This document shows, in pieces, positions 1 through 9,232 of a stretch of DNA of 64,000 nucleotides (positions within the stretch are counted from its first letter, which is position 1; every line of letters begins with the position of its first letter). The notes under the pieces were generated by a model. That model saw only the letters and a program-made list of their open reading frames with translations. It was not told the DNA's origin and searched no databases. The DNA comes from an uncultured bacterium (GTDB lineage Bacteria; Acidobacteriota; Thermoanaerobaculia; Multivoradales; JAHZIX01), in contig CBDUPA010000016.1 of the NCBI GenBank assembly GCA_965368975.1, positions 64,001 to 128,000 on the forward strand, read 5' to 3'. Position numbers and translations under genes: made by a program.

Positions 1-3000
1 TCTGCAGTGCCGGACGCGGGCGGTCGAGCGGCAGCTCCAGCGTCGGTGGGGCGTCCAGCTCGCGCCGCCACCAGCGCAGCTGCCGCTGCAGCAAGTCGCC
101 GGCCAGCCAGCCGCGCTGCCAGCTGGCGTAGTCGGCGTACTGAACCGGCAAGGCCGGCAGCACGCGGGCCGGGTCTGCGACGCGGTAGAGGGCGTCGAGC
201 TCGCGCAGCAGCACTCCTTGCGACCAGCCGTCGGTGACGATGTGGTGCTGGGTGAGCAGCAGCACAGCCTGCTGGAAGCCGCCTTGTTGGAAGACGGCCT
301 GCTGCAAAGAGCCGCGTCGCGGACTCAGGCACAGCAGAGTGGCGCGCAGCAGTGGTGCGTGTTCCAGGTCGAAGGGCCGCGTGCGCTCGATCGCCGCCAG
401 GCGCCGAGCTTCCCGCTCAGCGACGTGGGCGGGTAGGCCGCCGAGGTCGAGCTGTGCCCAGGGCAGCGGCAGCCGTGGTTCGACGACCTGCTGCGGTTCG
501 TTGCTGCTCACGTCGTCGTCCTGGCGGGCGCTCTCGAAGCGGGTGCGCAGGATGTCGTGCCGGCGCAGGATGATCTCTAGCGCCCGGCGCAGGGCGCCGG
601 TGTCGAGGCGACCGGACAGGCGCCAGGCGGCGGGCACCAGGTAGAAGGCGTTGTCGGGCGTCAGACGGTCGAGGAACCACAGGCGCTGCTGGGCGAACGA
701 CAGCGGGGCCCGGTAGCGCCGCCCCGGCGTGCGCGGCCGGCGGGTCAGCGGCGGTCGTTCGCGGGCGGTTTCCGCCTGCCGCACGCGCACCGCCAGCGCG
801 CTCACCACCGGTGCCTCGAACAGCGCGCGCAGCGGCAACTCGACGCCGACCTCGCGGCGCAGGCGATAGACCAGCTGCGTTGCCAGCAAGGAGTGGCCAC
901 CGAGGTCGAAGAAACCGTCTTCGGCACCGACGCGCGGCAGGCCCAGGATGTCGGCCATCAAGCCCGCGATCTTGGCTTCCAGCTCATCGCGCGGTGGTAC
1001 ATAGCCGCTGCTACCGGCCGCCTGCAGCTCCGGGTGTTCGCGCAGCAGCGCTTCCAGGGCACGGCGGTCGAGCTTGCCGTTGGCGGTCAGCGGCATGGCG
1101 TCGAGTGACACGAAGGTGGCGGGCACCATGTAGTCGGGGAGGTGGAGAGCGAGGTGTTGGCGGAGGGTCTGGTGTAGGGGCTCCCCCGTGTGGGTGCCCT
1201 GCGGCGTAGCCGCATCTGGTTCTTGGGGATTCGGACCCCCGGCCCCCCGCCCAGGGCGGCCACATGGGGCCGCCCCTACACCGGAGGGTTCGGATTCCGA
1301 TCTGGGTAGGGGCACCCCCGTGTGGGTGCCCTGCGGCGTAGCCGCATCCGGTTCTGTTTCCCCACCCACCACATACGCCACCAAGCGCACGTCCTGCGCC
1401 TGGCCGCGGGCCCCGAAGGTCTGCGCCAGCACCGCTGCCTCGCGCACCGCTGGGTGGGCTTCGAGTGTCGCCTCGATCTCGCCCAGTTCGATGCGGAAGC
1501 CGCGAATTTTGACCTGGAAGTCGAGGCGGCCGAGGTATTCGAGATCGCCGTCCGCCAGCCGGCGGGCGAGATCGCCGCTGCGGTAGAGGCGCGAGCCCGT
1601 GCGCTCCTGACGACCGGTCCGCTGATCGGTCGCGAGCAGGAACGGATCGGGCAGGAAGCGCGACGCGGTCAGGGCGGGACGATCGAGGTAGCCGCGCGCC
1701 AGGCCGGCGTCGAGCAGCCGCTCGCCTCGGTGGCCGTGCTGGACCTCGCCGCTGACGCAGATCTCTCCGCTGACGCCGACCGGCACCAGGCGCAGGTCCA
1801 TGTCGACCAGGTGCAGGCGCTGGTCGCGCAGCGGCACGCCCACCAGGCTGGCACTGCTTCGCTGAGTGCTGGCGGCGAAGACATCGCTGGCGGTGACGCG
1901 ACGGAAGCTACTGTGCACGGTGGTCTCGGTGATGCCGTACATGTTGAGCAGCCGTGGCGCGGCGTCGCCGTGGCGCTCGACCCACGGGCGCAGCGACGCG
2001 AAGTCGAGTTCTTCGCCGGCGAAGATGACCGCGCGCAGCGCCAGCTGTCCGGGCTGGCCGAGGTGTTGCTCGGCGCGGATCAGCGGCTGGAAGGCGGAGG
2101 GTGTCTGGTCCAGCAGGGTGACGCGTTCGCGTTGCAGCAGGCGGAACAGGGCCTCCGGCGAGCGCGCCACCGCGCGCGGCACGATCACCAGCCGGCCGCC
2201 GTGCGCCAGCGCCACCCACATCTCCCAGACGCTGACGTCGAAGGCGAAGGAGTGGAACAGCGTCATCACGTCGTGCGGTCCGAAGTCGTACCAGGCTTCG
2301 GTGGAACGCAGCAAGCGCGCGATCGCTCGCCGTGGCATCGACACGCCCTTGGGCTGACCGGTTGACCCGGAGGTGTAGATCACGTAGCCCAAGGCATCCG
2401 GATCCGTCGCGGGCAGGGTCTCGGTTGCCGGTGGTGAAGAGACCCCTGCGGAGGCGTCGACCACGGTGACTCCCGCCGGTACCTCCAGCTCGGTCGCCAG
2501 TTCGGGCGACGTCATCAGCACGCGCGCGCCCGCGTCCGCCAGCGCGAACTGACGGCGCTGGCGCGGATGACTGGGGTCGAGCGGCAGGTAGCCGGCGCCG
2601 CTACGCAGCACGCCGAGCAACGCCGGGATCAGCGCGGGACCTCGCTCCAGGCTGACTGCGACCAGGGTCTCGGGGCCGGCGCCGAGCATGCGCAGGCGGT
2701 GGGCGAGGGCGTCGGCGCGGCGGACCAGTCCCTGGTAGCTCAACCAGTTGTGCTCACAGCTGACCGCAATGGCGTCGGGACGCTGGCGCGCCTGTTCGAG
2801 GAAGCGATCCTCGGGTGCCTCGGCGGGGTAGCGGACACCGGCGTGGCGTTCGCACAGCAGCTGGTGGCGCTCGGCCGCCGGCAGCACCTGCAGCGCTTCG
2901 AGCGGCCGCGATGGATCGCGCACGATGGCCCACAGCAACGTCTGAAACTGGGCCAGCCAGCGGGCCACGGTGCTGTCGTCGAACAGGTCGGTGTTGTACT

Positions 3001-4534
3001 CGAACTGGGTGTTGTCGAAGCGCTCGTTGCCGCGCCCGCGGCCGCAGAAGAGGATCAGGTCGACCTGCGAGGCACCATTCTGGATGAAGTCGTCGGCCAC
3101 CTCGATGCCGCGCATGTGCAGCGAGTCCATCGGCAGGTTGTTGAGCGAGAACATCACCTGGTAGACCGGCGGATAGCTGATGTCGCGCTGCGGTTGCAGT
3201 TCTTTGACCAGGCGGTCGAAGGGCAGCTGCTGGTGTTCGAACACCTCCAGCACCTGCTCGCGGGTAGCGTGCAGTAGCTGCGAGAAGCTCTGGCCGGGCG
3301 TCAGCCGGTTGCGCAGGACGATGGTATTGACGAAGAAGCCGGCCAGTTGCTCGCAGCCGCGCGTCGGGCGGCCGGCGACCGGTGAGCCGATCAGCAGGTC
3401 GCGCTGGCCGGTCAGGCGCCACAGCAGGAGGGACAGCACCGCCAGCAGCAACATGTAGGGCGTTACCGACTCGGTGCGGCGCAACGCCAGGATCGGCGCT
3501 TCCAGCTCGGGCGGCAGGTACCCCATGCGACGATGGCCATGGTGGCTCCACACCGCTGGCCGCGGGCGGTCATAGGGCAGGTCGAGGACCATCGGTGCGC
3601 CGTCGAGGTAGCGGCGCCAGAAGGCGAGCTCACGCTCGGTGGCCGAGCTGGCCAGCCACTGGCGCTGCCAGATGCTGAAGTCGCGGTACTGGAAGGGCAG
3701 CGGCGGCAGCTCGGCGTTGCGCTCGGCCGCCTCTTCGGCGGGGTCGTCGATCGGGGCGGTGCGCTGGCGCGTGTTGTAGAGCAGCGACAGCTCGTCGTAG
3801 AGGATGCCGAGCGACCAGCCGTCGCTGACGATGTGGTGCTGCATCACCTGGATCAGGTGGCTCTCGGGAGCCAACCGCCACAGGGTGGTGCGCGTTAGCG
3901 GACCGTGTTCGAGGTCAAACGGACGTCGACCCTCACGGCACGCCAGGGCGTTGATCTCGTCGCTGCCCGGCTCCCAGCCGAAGCGCGACAGGTCGACCAC
4001 CGGCAGCGGCCAGCGACGCGGCGGCGGCTCGACGATCTGTACCGCCTGATCCGCCAATTGGGAAGGATCTGCCAGCTGTGACGGGTCTGCCTCTCCTTCC
4101 GGCTGGTCCACCACGCGCACCACGGTGCGCAGCACCTCGTGGCGGGCGACGACATCGGCGAAGGCGTCGCGCAGGGCTTCGATGTCGAGTTTGCCGAAGA
4201 GGTAGAAGGCGATGATCGGCAGGCTGTAGCTGAGATTGGCCGGCGACAGCTGGTCGAGCAGCCACAGGCGCTGCTGCATCGGCGACAGCCGTACCGGCCG
4301 TTCGGGATGCTCGCGCGTCACCGGCTGGACCTCGACCGGTACTTCCGGCACCGGTGCTGCCGGCCTAGGCGAGCCGCTCACCGAGTCCGCCGCAGGGACA
4401 CCGGCCTGGGCCCGGCTGTCCGGCGTGGCTCGCGGCGCGGACGCGGTGCCGCGCTGCTGCAGCTTGCGCTCCAGCAGCGCGCGTTGTTCGGGACTCAGCG
4501 AGGAGAGGCGCCGGTAGAGATCCTTCAGGCTCAT
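1..4534 (-). CDS. Non-ribosomal peptide synthetase (C-A-PCP-C...), runs off the left edge
   Basis: ATG at 4534 (MSLKDLYRRLSSLSPEQR). The frame stays open to the window edge, so it is absent from the ORF track. Motifs: C domain HHIVSDGWS (~3815-3840), A domain YTSGSTGQPKG (~2350-2378), NMYGITETTVH and NGKLDR, PCP FFDLGGHSLL (~890-915), second C domain HHIVTDGWS (~225-250). Confidence 0.93.
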   Translation of the reverse strand, partial: MSLKDLYRRLSSLSPEQRALLERKLQQRGTASAPRATPDSRAQAGVPAADSVSGSPRPAAPVPEVPVEVQPVTREHPERPVRLSPMQQRLWLLDQLSPANLSYSLPIIAFYLFGKLDIEALRDAFADVVARHEVLRTVVRVVDQPEGEADPSQLADPSQLADQAVQIVEPPPRRWPLPVVDLSRFGWEPGSDEINALACREGRRPFDLEHGPLTRTTLWRLAPESHLIQVMQHHIVSDGWSLGILYDELSLLYNTRQRTAPIDDPAEEAAERNAELPPLPFQYRDFSIWQRQWLASSATERELAFWRRYLDGAPMVLDLPYDRPRPAVWSHHGHRRMGYLPPELEAPILALRRTESVTPYMLLLAVLSLLLWRLTGQRDLLIGSPVAGRPTRGCEQLAGFFVNTIVLRNRLTPGQSFSQLLHATREQVLEVFEHQQLPFDRLVKELQPQRDISYPPVYQVMFSLNNLPMDSLHMRGIEVADDFIQNGASQVDLILFCGRGRGNERFDNTQFEYNTDLFDDSTVARWLAQFQTLLWAIVRDPSRPLEALQVLPAAERHQLLCERHAGVRYPAEAPEDRFLEQARQRPDAIAVSCEHNWLSYQGLVRRADALAHRLRMLGAGPETLVAVSLERGPALIPALLGVLRSGAGYLPLDPSHPRQRRQFALADAGARVLMTSPELATELEVPAGVTVVDASAGVSSPPATETLPATDPDALGYVIYTSGSTGQPKGVSMPRRAIARLLRSTEAWYDFGPHDVMTLFHSFAFDVSVWEMWVALAHGGRLVIVPRAVARSPEALFRLLQRERVTLLDQTPSAFQPLIRAEQHLGQPGQLALRAVIFAGEELDFASLRPWVERHGDAAPRLLNMYGITETTVHSSFRRVTASDVFAASTQRSSASLVGVPLRDQRLHLVDMDLRLVPVGVSGEICVSGEVQHGHRGERLLDAGLARGYLDRPALTASRFLPDPFLLATDQRTGRQERTGSRLYRSGDLARRLADGDLEYLGRLDFQVKIRGFRIELGEIEATLEAHPAVREAAVLAQTFGARGQAQDVRLVAYVVGGETEPDAATPQGTHTGVPLPRSESEPSGVGAAPCGRPGRGAGGPNPQEPDAATPQGTHTGEPLHQTLRQHLALHLPDYMVPATFVSLDAMPLTANGKLDRRALEALLREHPELQAAGSSGYVPPRDELEAKIAGLMADILGLPRVGAEDGFFDLGGHSLLATQLVYRLRREVGVELPLRALFEAPVVSALAVRVRQAETARERPPLTRRPRTPGRRYRAPLSFAQQRLWFLDRLTPDNAFYLVPAAWRLSGRLDTGALRRALEIILRRHDILRTRFESARQDDDVSSNEPQQVVEPRLPLPWAQLDLGGLPAHVAEREARRLAAIERTRPFDLEHAPLLRATLLCLSPRRGSLQQAVFQQGGFQQAVLLLTQHHIVTDGWSQGVLLRELDALYRVADPARVLPALPVQYADYASWQRGWLAGDLLQRQLRWWRRELDAPPTLELPLDRPRPALQ
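1174..1349. repeat. Cluster of three GTAG-type REP palindromes (REPIN-like) inside the NRPS reading frame
   Basis: GTAGGGGCTCCCCCGTGTGGGTGCCC (1174-1199), inverted GTAGGGGCGGCCCCATGTGGCCGCCC (1279-1254) and GTAGGGGCACCCCCGTGTGGGTGCCC (1306-1331). The two direct copies are each followed by a TGCGGC-GTA-GCCGCA hairpin. Confidence 0.85.
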
Positions 4535-4592
4535 ACCGGCATCCTCACCCGTGGAGGTGCGCCAATCAACCCCCTATCCGCAGAGGGACACG

Positions 4593-7500
4593 TCAGGCGC
4601 CGGCCGGGGCCGCATTCGGACTGTTCGCCATCTCCTTGAGCCGCTTCAGGTGCTCCAGGCTGTCCATCACCTCGTTGACGCTGACACCGAAGTCGAGCAG
4701 GCAGCCGAGGTCGGTGACGCCGGAGGCGCGCATGGTGTTGACCAGGTCCATGCAGCTTTCCGGTGTGCCCATCAGCGAGGCGGTGTGGAAATAGCGCTCG
4801 AATTCCATCTCCAGCAGCTGGTTGAGGTCGTCCTCGTTGATCGCGGCGTCGTTGAACTCGTCGCCGGAGACGCTGCGTGCCAGCTCGCGCAGCAGGTTGG
4901 TGTGCGAGCGCAGGTAGTCGATGAAGGGCTGGCGGGCGGTGTCCATGACCTTCTGCATGTCGTCGCCGAGGAAGGCGTGCATCATCACCGACACCTGGCC
5001 GGTCGCGGGATCGAACCCGCTGGCGGCACGAGTGTCCCGGTAGAGCTGCACCCGATCCTTCACCACGTCGAGCGTCAGGCCAATCATGGAGGTCAGGACG
5101 TGACCGCCGATCTGGGCCGTGCGTTCGAAGGTGCCCGGCGTCGAGGCGCAGGTCACCCAGGTCACCATTTCCTTTTGCACCGGTGTCGGATAGACGCGCA
5201 CGTCGATCTCACGGCCGACGCCGTTGGGTCCGTGGAAGGTCTCTCCACGCCACAGACGCTGCATGGTCTGGATTTTGTCGAACATCAGCTCGCGGCGGTT
5301 CTGGAAGGCCTCCGGGTTGAACAGGAAGTCGTCCGGGTGGAAGCCCGAGGCGAAGCTGACTTCGGCACGCCCGTGGCTGAGGTTGTCGACCACCGCCCAT
5401 TCCTCGGTGATCTTGACCGGATGGTGCATGGGCAGGACGACGCTTCCCGAGCGCACCTTGATGTTCTCGGTGACCATGGCGATGGCACCGGCGAGCACGG
5501 CCGGGGCCGGATACAGGCTGCCGAAGTTGTTGAAGTGACGCTCGGGCGTCCAGATCGCCGAGAAGCCGTTGGCATCGGCCCACTTGGCGGCCTCGAGGAT
5601 CAGCTCGTACTTGTTGTCCGGGAACATATCTTCGTCGCCGGAGAAGAAGAACAGGCTGAAGTCCATCGGCTGCGGGTGAGCGCCTTGCGGGGCGCTGGCG
5701 GCCTGCGGTGCCGGGGCGGGTGTCGAGACCTGGACGGTCGCCTGTGGAGGAGCGGCCTGCTGTGATGGGGCTGGCTGTTGGGCCGCCGGTGCCGGTGCTG
5801 GCGCCGCCGGTGCGGGCTCCGGTTCGGAGGCCGCCGGCACCTCGGCACCGCTCAGCGTCGCCTCGATCTCGTCGGCGCTCATGCCTTCGATTTCCTCCAG
5901 CAGCTTCAGCTGATCGGCCAGGTCCGGCGACTCGTTCTCGATGATCTGCGCCAGCTCTTCGATGGTCGGCGACTCGAAGAAGGTGCGCACGTTCAGTTTG
6001 ACCTGGAACACCTCCTGGATGCGCGAGATCACCTGCAGGGCGACCAGCGAGTTGCCGCCGAGGGCGAAGAAGTTCTGGCGGATACCGATGCCCTGGGCGC
6101 CCAGGACGTTCTCCCACATGTCGACCAGCACTTCCTGGATCTCGTTCTCGGGAGCCACAAAGTCCTGGTCGTAGTTGTCGATCGAGTAGCGCTTGGCGAC
6201 GTAGGAGTCCTTGCCCCCTTCTTTGCTGCTGTCGTTGCCACTGGCGGGGAGTACGGCGTCCGGTTCCTTGGCGGCGACCGGTGCGGGAGCAGCCGCCGGT
6301 GCGGGTGCCTGCGGCGGCGGGGCCACCGGGGCGGCCGGTGCCGGTGCGGGGGCGGGTGCCGGTGCGGGAGCGCTCTGGGGTAGCGATGCGGCGCCCAGTT
6401 GCGGCTGCACACCACCGCTGGCGGCCTGCAGATCCCGGACGTCGATGACGTACCGCTGGCGCTCGTAGGGGTAGCCGGGCAGCGGCACCTTGCGCCGCTT
6501 CTGGTCCTCGTTGAATGCCTGCCAGTCGAGGTCGACACCGGCGCACCACAGGGTGCCCAGGGCCTTGAGCAGGTAGGAGTCGTCGGCCTCCGGGTCGCGC
6601 GGGTGCGGCAGGCTGGAGTGCACCGCGTGCTTGCTCTCGTCGCGCCCGGCGTGCTGGCTGGCGAGGGTGGTCAGGGCGGTACCCGGACCGACCTCGAGCA
6701 GCAATAGCGCTTCCTTCTCGAACAGCGTGGCGATGCCGTCGCCGAAGCGCACTGTCTCGCGCAGGTGGCGTACCCAGTAGTCGAGATTCTGCACTTCTTC
6801 GGCACCGATCCAGGTGCCGGTCAGCGTCGATACGTAGCGGCTCTCGGGGGCGTTGAGGGTGACGCCGGCCACCGCTTGGCGGAAGCTGTCGAGGATCGGA
6901 TCCATGGCCGACGAGTGGAAGGCGTGCGAAGTGTGGAGGTCGCGCGCCTCGACGCCCAGGCCGTCGAGCTTGGTCTTGAGCGCCGCCACCGCGTCGGCGG
7001 GGCCGGAGACCACGCACTGGCCGGGCGCGTTGACCGCCGCCAGTGCCAGGTCACCGGTGAGGTGCGCCTGCAGGTCCGCCTCGGCCATCGGCACCGACAG
7101 CATGGCGCCGCCGGGCAGGTCCTTCATCAGCTGGATGCGCGCCGACACCAGGGCAATGGCGTCTTCGAGCGACAGCACACCGGCCTGGTGGGCGGCGGCA
7201 TACTCGCCGATCGAGTGGCCGATCATGGCGCCGAAGTTTACGCCCCACGACTTCCACAGCTCGGCCAGCGCGGTCTCGACGGTGAACAGCGCCGACTGCG
7301 CGTACTCGGTCTGCTGCAGCTTGGCGCCGGCGGTTTCTTCGTCTTCCATGGTCAGGGCGCCGCCGCCGGTGGGGTAGACGGCCTGCACGAGGTCGAAGTC
7401 CGGCACCGCGCCCGAGCCGAGGCCGCCGAGCTGTGCCTGGAACAGTGCCGCGCACTGGTCGAAGGCCTGGCGGAACACCGGCTCGCCCTGGTAGAGGCGA

Positions 7501-9155
7501 GCGGCCATGTTCGGATGCTGGCTGCCCTGGCCCGAGAACATCAGCGCCACCGACGGCTTGCGGCCGCGGTAGCGGGCCTCGACGCTGCGGCTGGCCATGC
7601 CACCGCGCAGCGCCGCGATGGCGTCCTGGTGCTCACGGCAGACGATGGCGCGCCGCTGCTCGAAGGCACGGCGGCCGACCTGCAGCGAGTAGGCGACATC
7701 GGCCAGGTTCAGGTTCGGGTGGCGCTCCAGGTGGTCGGCCAGCTGCTGGCCTTGCGCCGCCAGGGTGCTGGGCGAGCGCGCCGACACCAGGAATAGCTTG
7801 TGCGCCTTGCCAGCGTCGGTGCCCGGCCGCGCAGGCGCTTCCTCGATCACCGCGTGAGCGTTGGTGCCGCCGAAGCCAAACGAGCTGACGCCCGCCATGC
7901 GCTTCTTGCCCGGCGTCCAGTCCATCAGCTCGGTGTTGACGAAGAACGGGCTGTTGTCGAAGTCGATGCGCGGGTTCGGGCGGCGATAGTGCAGAGTCGG
8001 CGGGATGGCGTTGTTGTAGACGCTAAGCGCCGCCTTGATGAAGCCGGCGACGCCGGAGGCCACTTCGGTGTGGCCGATGTTGCTCTTGACCGAACCGATC
8101 GGCACCGAGTGACGCGCGACGCGCTTGCCGAACGCCTTGTTGAGGGCGCTGACTTCGATCGGGTCGCCCAGGGTGGTGGCGGTGGCGTGGCCCTCGACGA
8201 AGCCGATGTCCGACGGTTCGACGCCGGCCGCGGCCAGTGCCTCGACGATCACCTGTGCCTGACCCTTGACGCTCGGGGCGGTGTACCCGACCTTGTCCGA
8301 GCCATCGTTGTTGAGCGCCGAGCCGCGCACCACGCAGTAGATGTGGTCGCCGTCTTCGAGCGCGTCGTCCAGGCGTTTGAGCGCCACCACGCCGACCGCG
8401 TTGCCGAACACCGTGCCCTCGGCCTCGGCGTCGAACGGTTTGCAGTGGCCGTCGGGGCTCAGGATGCCGCCTTCGGTGTAGTGGTAGCCGTGGTCGCTCG
8501 GCAGGCTCTGCGACACCGCGCCCGCCAGCGCCAGGTCGCATTCACCGTTGAGCAGGTTCTGGCACGCGACATGGATGGCCACCAGCGAGGTCGAGCAGCC
8601 GGTCTGGATGGTCAGGCCGGGCCCGGTGAGGTCGAGCTTGTAGTTGACGCGGGTGGTCACCGAGTCCTTCTCGTTGCTGACCGTGAACAGCGTCGTGTCG
8701 ACGCCCATGGCGTGCAGCTGTTCCTGGTAGGGGTACAGGCCCAGCATGTAGTGGCTCATGGTGATGCCGCCGTAGACGCCCACCTTGCCATCGAAGCGCA
8801 CGGTGTCGCAGCCAGCGTCTTCCAGGGCGTGCCAGGCGGTCTCCAGGAAGCAGCGTTGCTGCGGGTCGATCACCTCGGCCTCGCGCGGCGAGTAGCCGAA
8901 GAAGCCGGCGTCGAAGTGATCCATGTTCGGGATCACGCCGTGCACCGGCACGAAGTTGGGCTTCTTGAAAACCTCAGGCGAGACGCCCGCCGCCACCAGC
9001 TCTTCTTCGCTGAAGCGGTGCAGACCCTCCACGCCGTCGCGCAGCATGCGCCAGTATTCTTCCGCGGTCTCGGCGCCGGGGAAGCGGCAGGCGATACCGA
9101 CTACCGCGACTTCGCTGCCTTCGAATTCCAGGTCATCATCATGTTCGTCGTGCAT
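4593..9155 (-). CDS. Type I PKS KS-AT-ACP fused to a C-terminal MupA/Atu3671-like luciferase-like monooxygenase
   Basis: KS: QTGCSTSL, EGHATAT, KSNIGHT. AT: GHSIG and HAFHS. ACP: FFALGGNSL. LLM domain: MDFSLFFFSG...WTPERHFNNFG. ATG at 9155 follows a GAGGA SD; the track starts at 9170. Confidence 0.93.
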   Translation of the reverse strand: MHDEHDDDLEFEGSEVAVVGIACRFPGAETAEEYWRMLRDGVEGLHRFSEEELVAAGVSPEVFKKPNFVPVHGVIPNMDHFDAGFFGYSPREAEVIDPQQRCFLETAWHALEDAGCDTVRFDGKVGVYGGITMSHYMLGLYPYQEQLHAMGVDTTLFTVSNEKDSVTTRVNYKLDLTGPGLTIQTGCSTSLVAIHVACQNLLNGECDLALAGAVSQSLPSDHGYHYTEGGILSPDGHCKPFDAEAEGTVFGNAVGVVALKRLDDALEDGDHIYCVVRGSALNNDGSDKVGYTAPSVKGQAQVIVEALAAAGVEPSDIGFVEGHATATTLGDPIEVSALNKAFGKRVARHSVPIGSVKSNIGHTEVASGVAGFIKAALSVYNNAIPPTLHYRRPNPRIDFDNSPFFVNTELMDWTPGKKRMAGVSSFGFGGTNAHAVIEEAPARPGTDAGKAHKLFLVSARSPSTLAAQGQQLADHLERHPNLNLADVAYSLQVGRRAFEQRRAIVCREHQDAIAALRGGMASRSVEARYRGRKPSVALMFSGQGSQHPNMAARLYQGEPVFRQAFDQCAALFQAQLGGLGSGAVPDFDLVQAVYPTGGGALTMEDEETAGAKLQQTEYAQSALFTVETALAELWKSWGVNFGAMIGHSIGEYAAAHQAGVLSLEDAIALVSARIQLMKDLPGGAMLSVPMAEADLQAHLTGDLALAAVNAPGQCVVSGPADAVAALKTKLDGLGVEARDLHTSHAFHSSAMDPILDSFRQAVAGVTLNAPESRYVSTLTGTWIGAEEVQNLDYWVRHLRETVRFGDGIATLFEKEALLLLEVGPGTALTTLASQHAGRDESKHAVHSSLPHPRDPEADDSYLLKALGTLWCAGVDLDWQAFNEDQKRRKVPLPGYPYERQRYVIDVRDLQAASGGVQPQLGAASLPQSAPAPAPAPAPAPAAPVAPPPQAPAPAAAPAPVAAKEPDAVLPASGNDSSKEGGKDSYVAKRYSIDNYDQDFVAPENEIQEVLVDMWENVLGAQGIGIRQNFFALGGNSLVALQVISRIQEVFQVKLNVRTFFESPTIEELAQIIENESPDLADQLKLLEEIEGMSADEIEATLSGAEVPAASEPEPAPAAPAPAPAAQQPAPSQQAAPPQATVQVSTPAPAPQAASAPQGAHPQPMDFSLFFFSGDEDMFPDNKYELILEAAKWADANGFSAIWTPERHFNNFGSLYPAPAVLAGAIAMVTENIKVRSGSVVLPMHHPVKITEEWAVVDNLSHGRAEVSFASGFHPDDFLFNPEAFQNRRELMFDKIQTMQRLWRGETFHGPNGVGREIDVRVYPTPVQKEMVTWVTCASTPGTFERTAQIGGHVLTSMIGLTLDVVKDRVQLYRDTRAASGFDPATGQVSVMMHAFLGDDMQKVMDTARQPFIDYLRSHTNLLRELARSVSGDEFNDAAINEDDLNQLLEMEFERYFHTASLMGTPESCMDLVNTMRASGVTDLGCLLDFGVSVNEVMDSLEHLKRLKEMANSPNAAPAGA

Positions 9156-9232
9156 CTTTCCAATCCTCAAGTCAGGTCAAACAAGGTACGGCGTCGGTTC
9201 GCTGTCGAATCAGGGTGGCGTTTCTGGCTGCC

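Noticed and set aside
1174-1349. CRISPR array
   Set aside because: Only three palindromic copies in mixed orientation, inside a CDS, with no cas genes in the window. This fits REPs.
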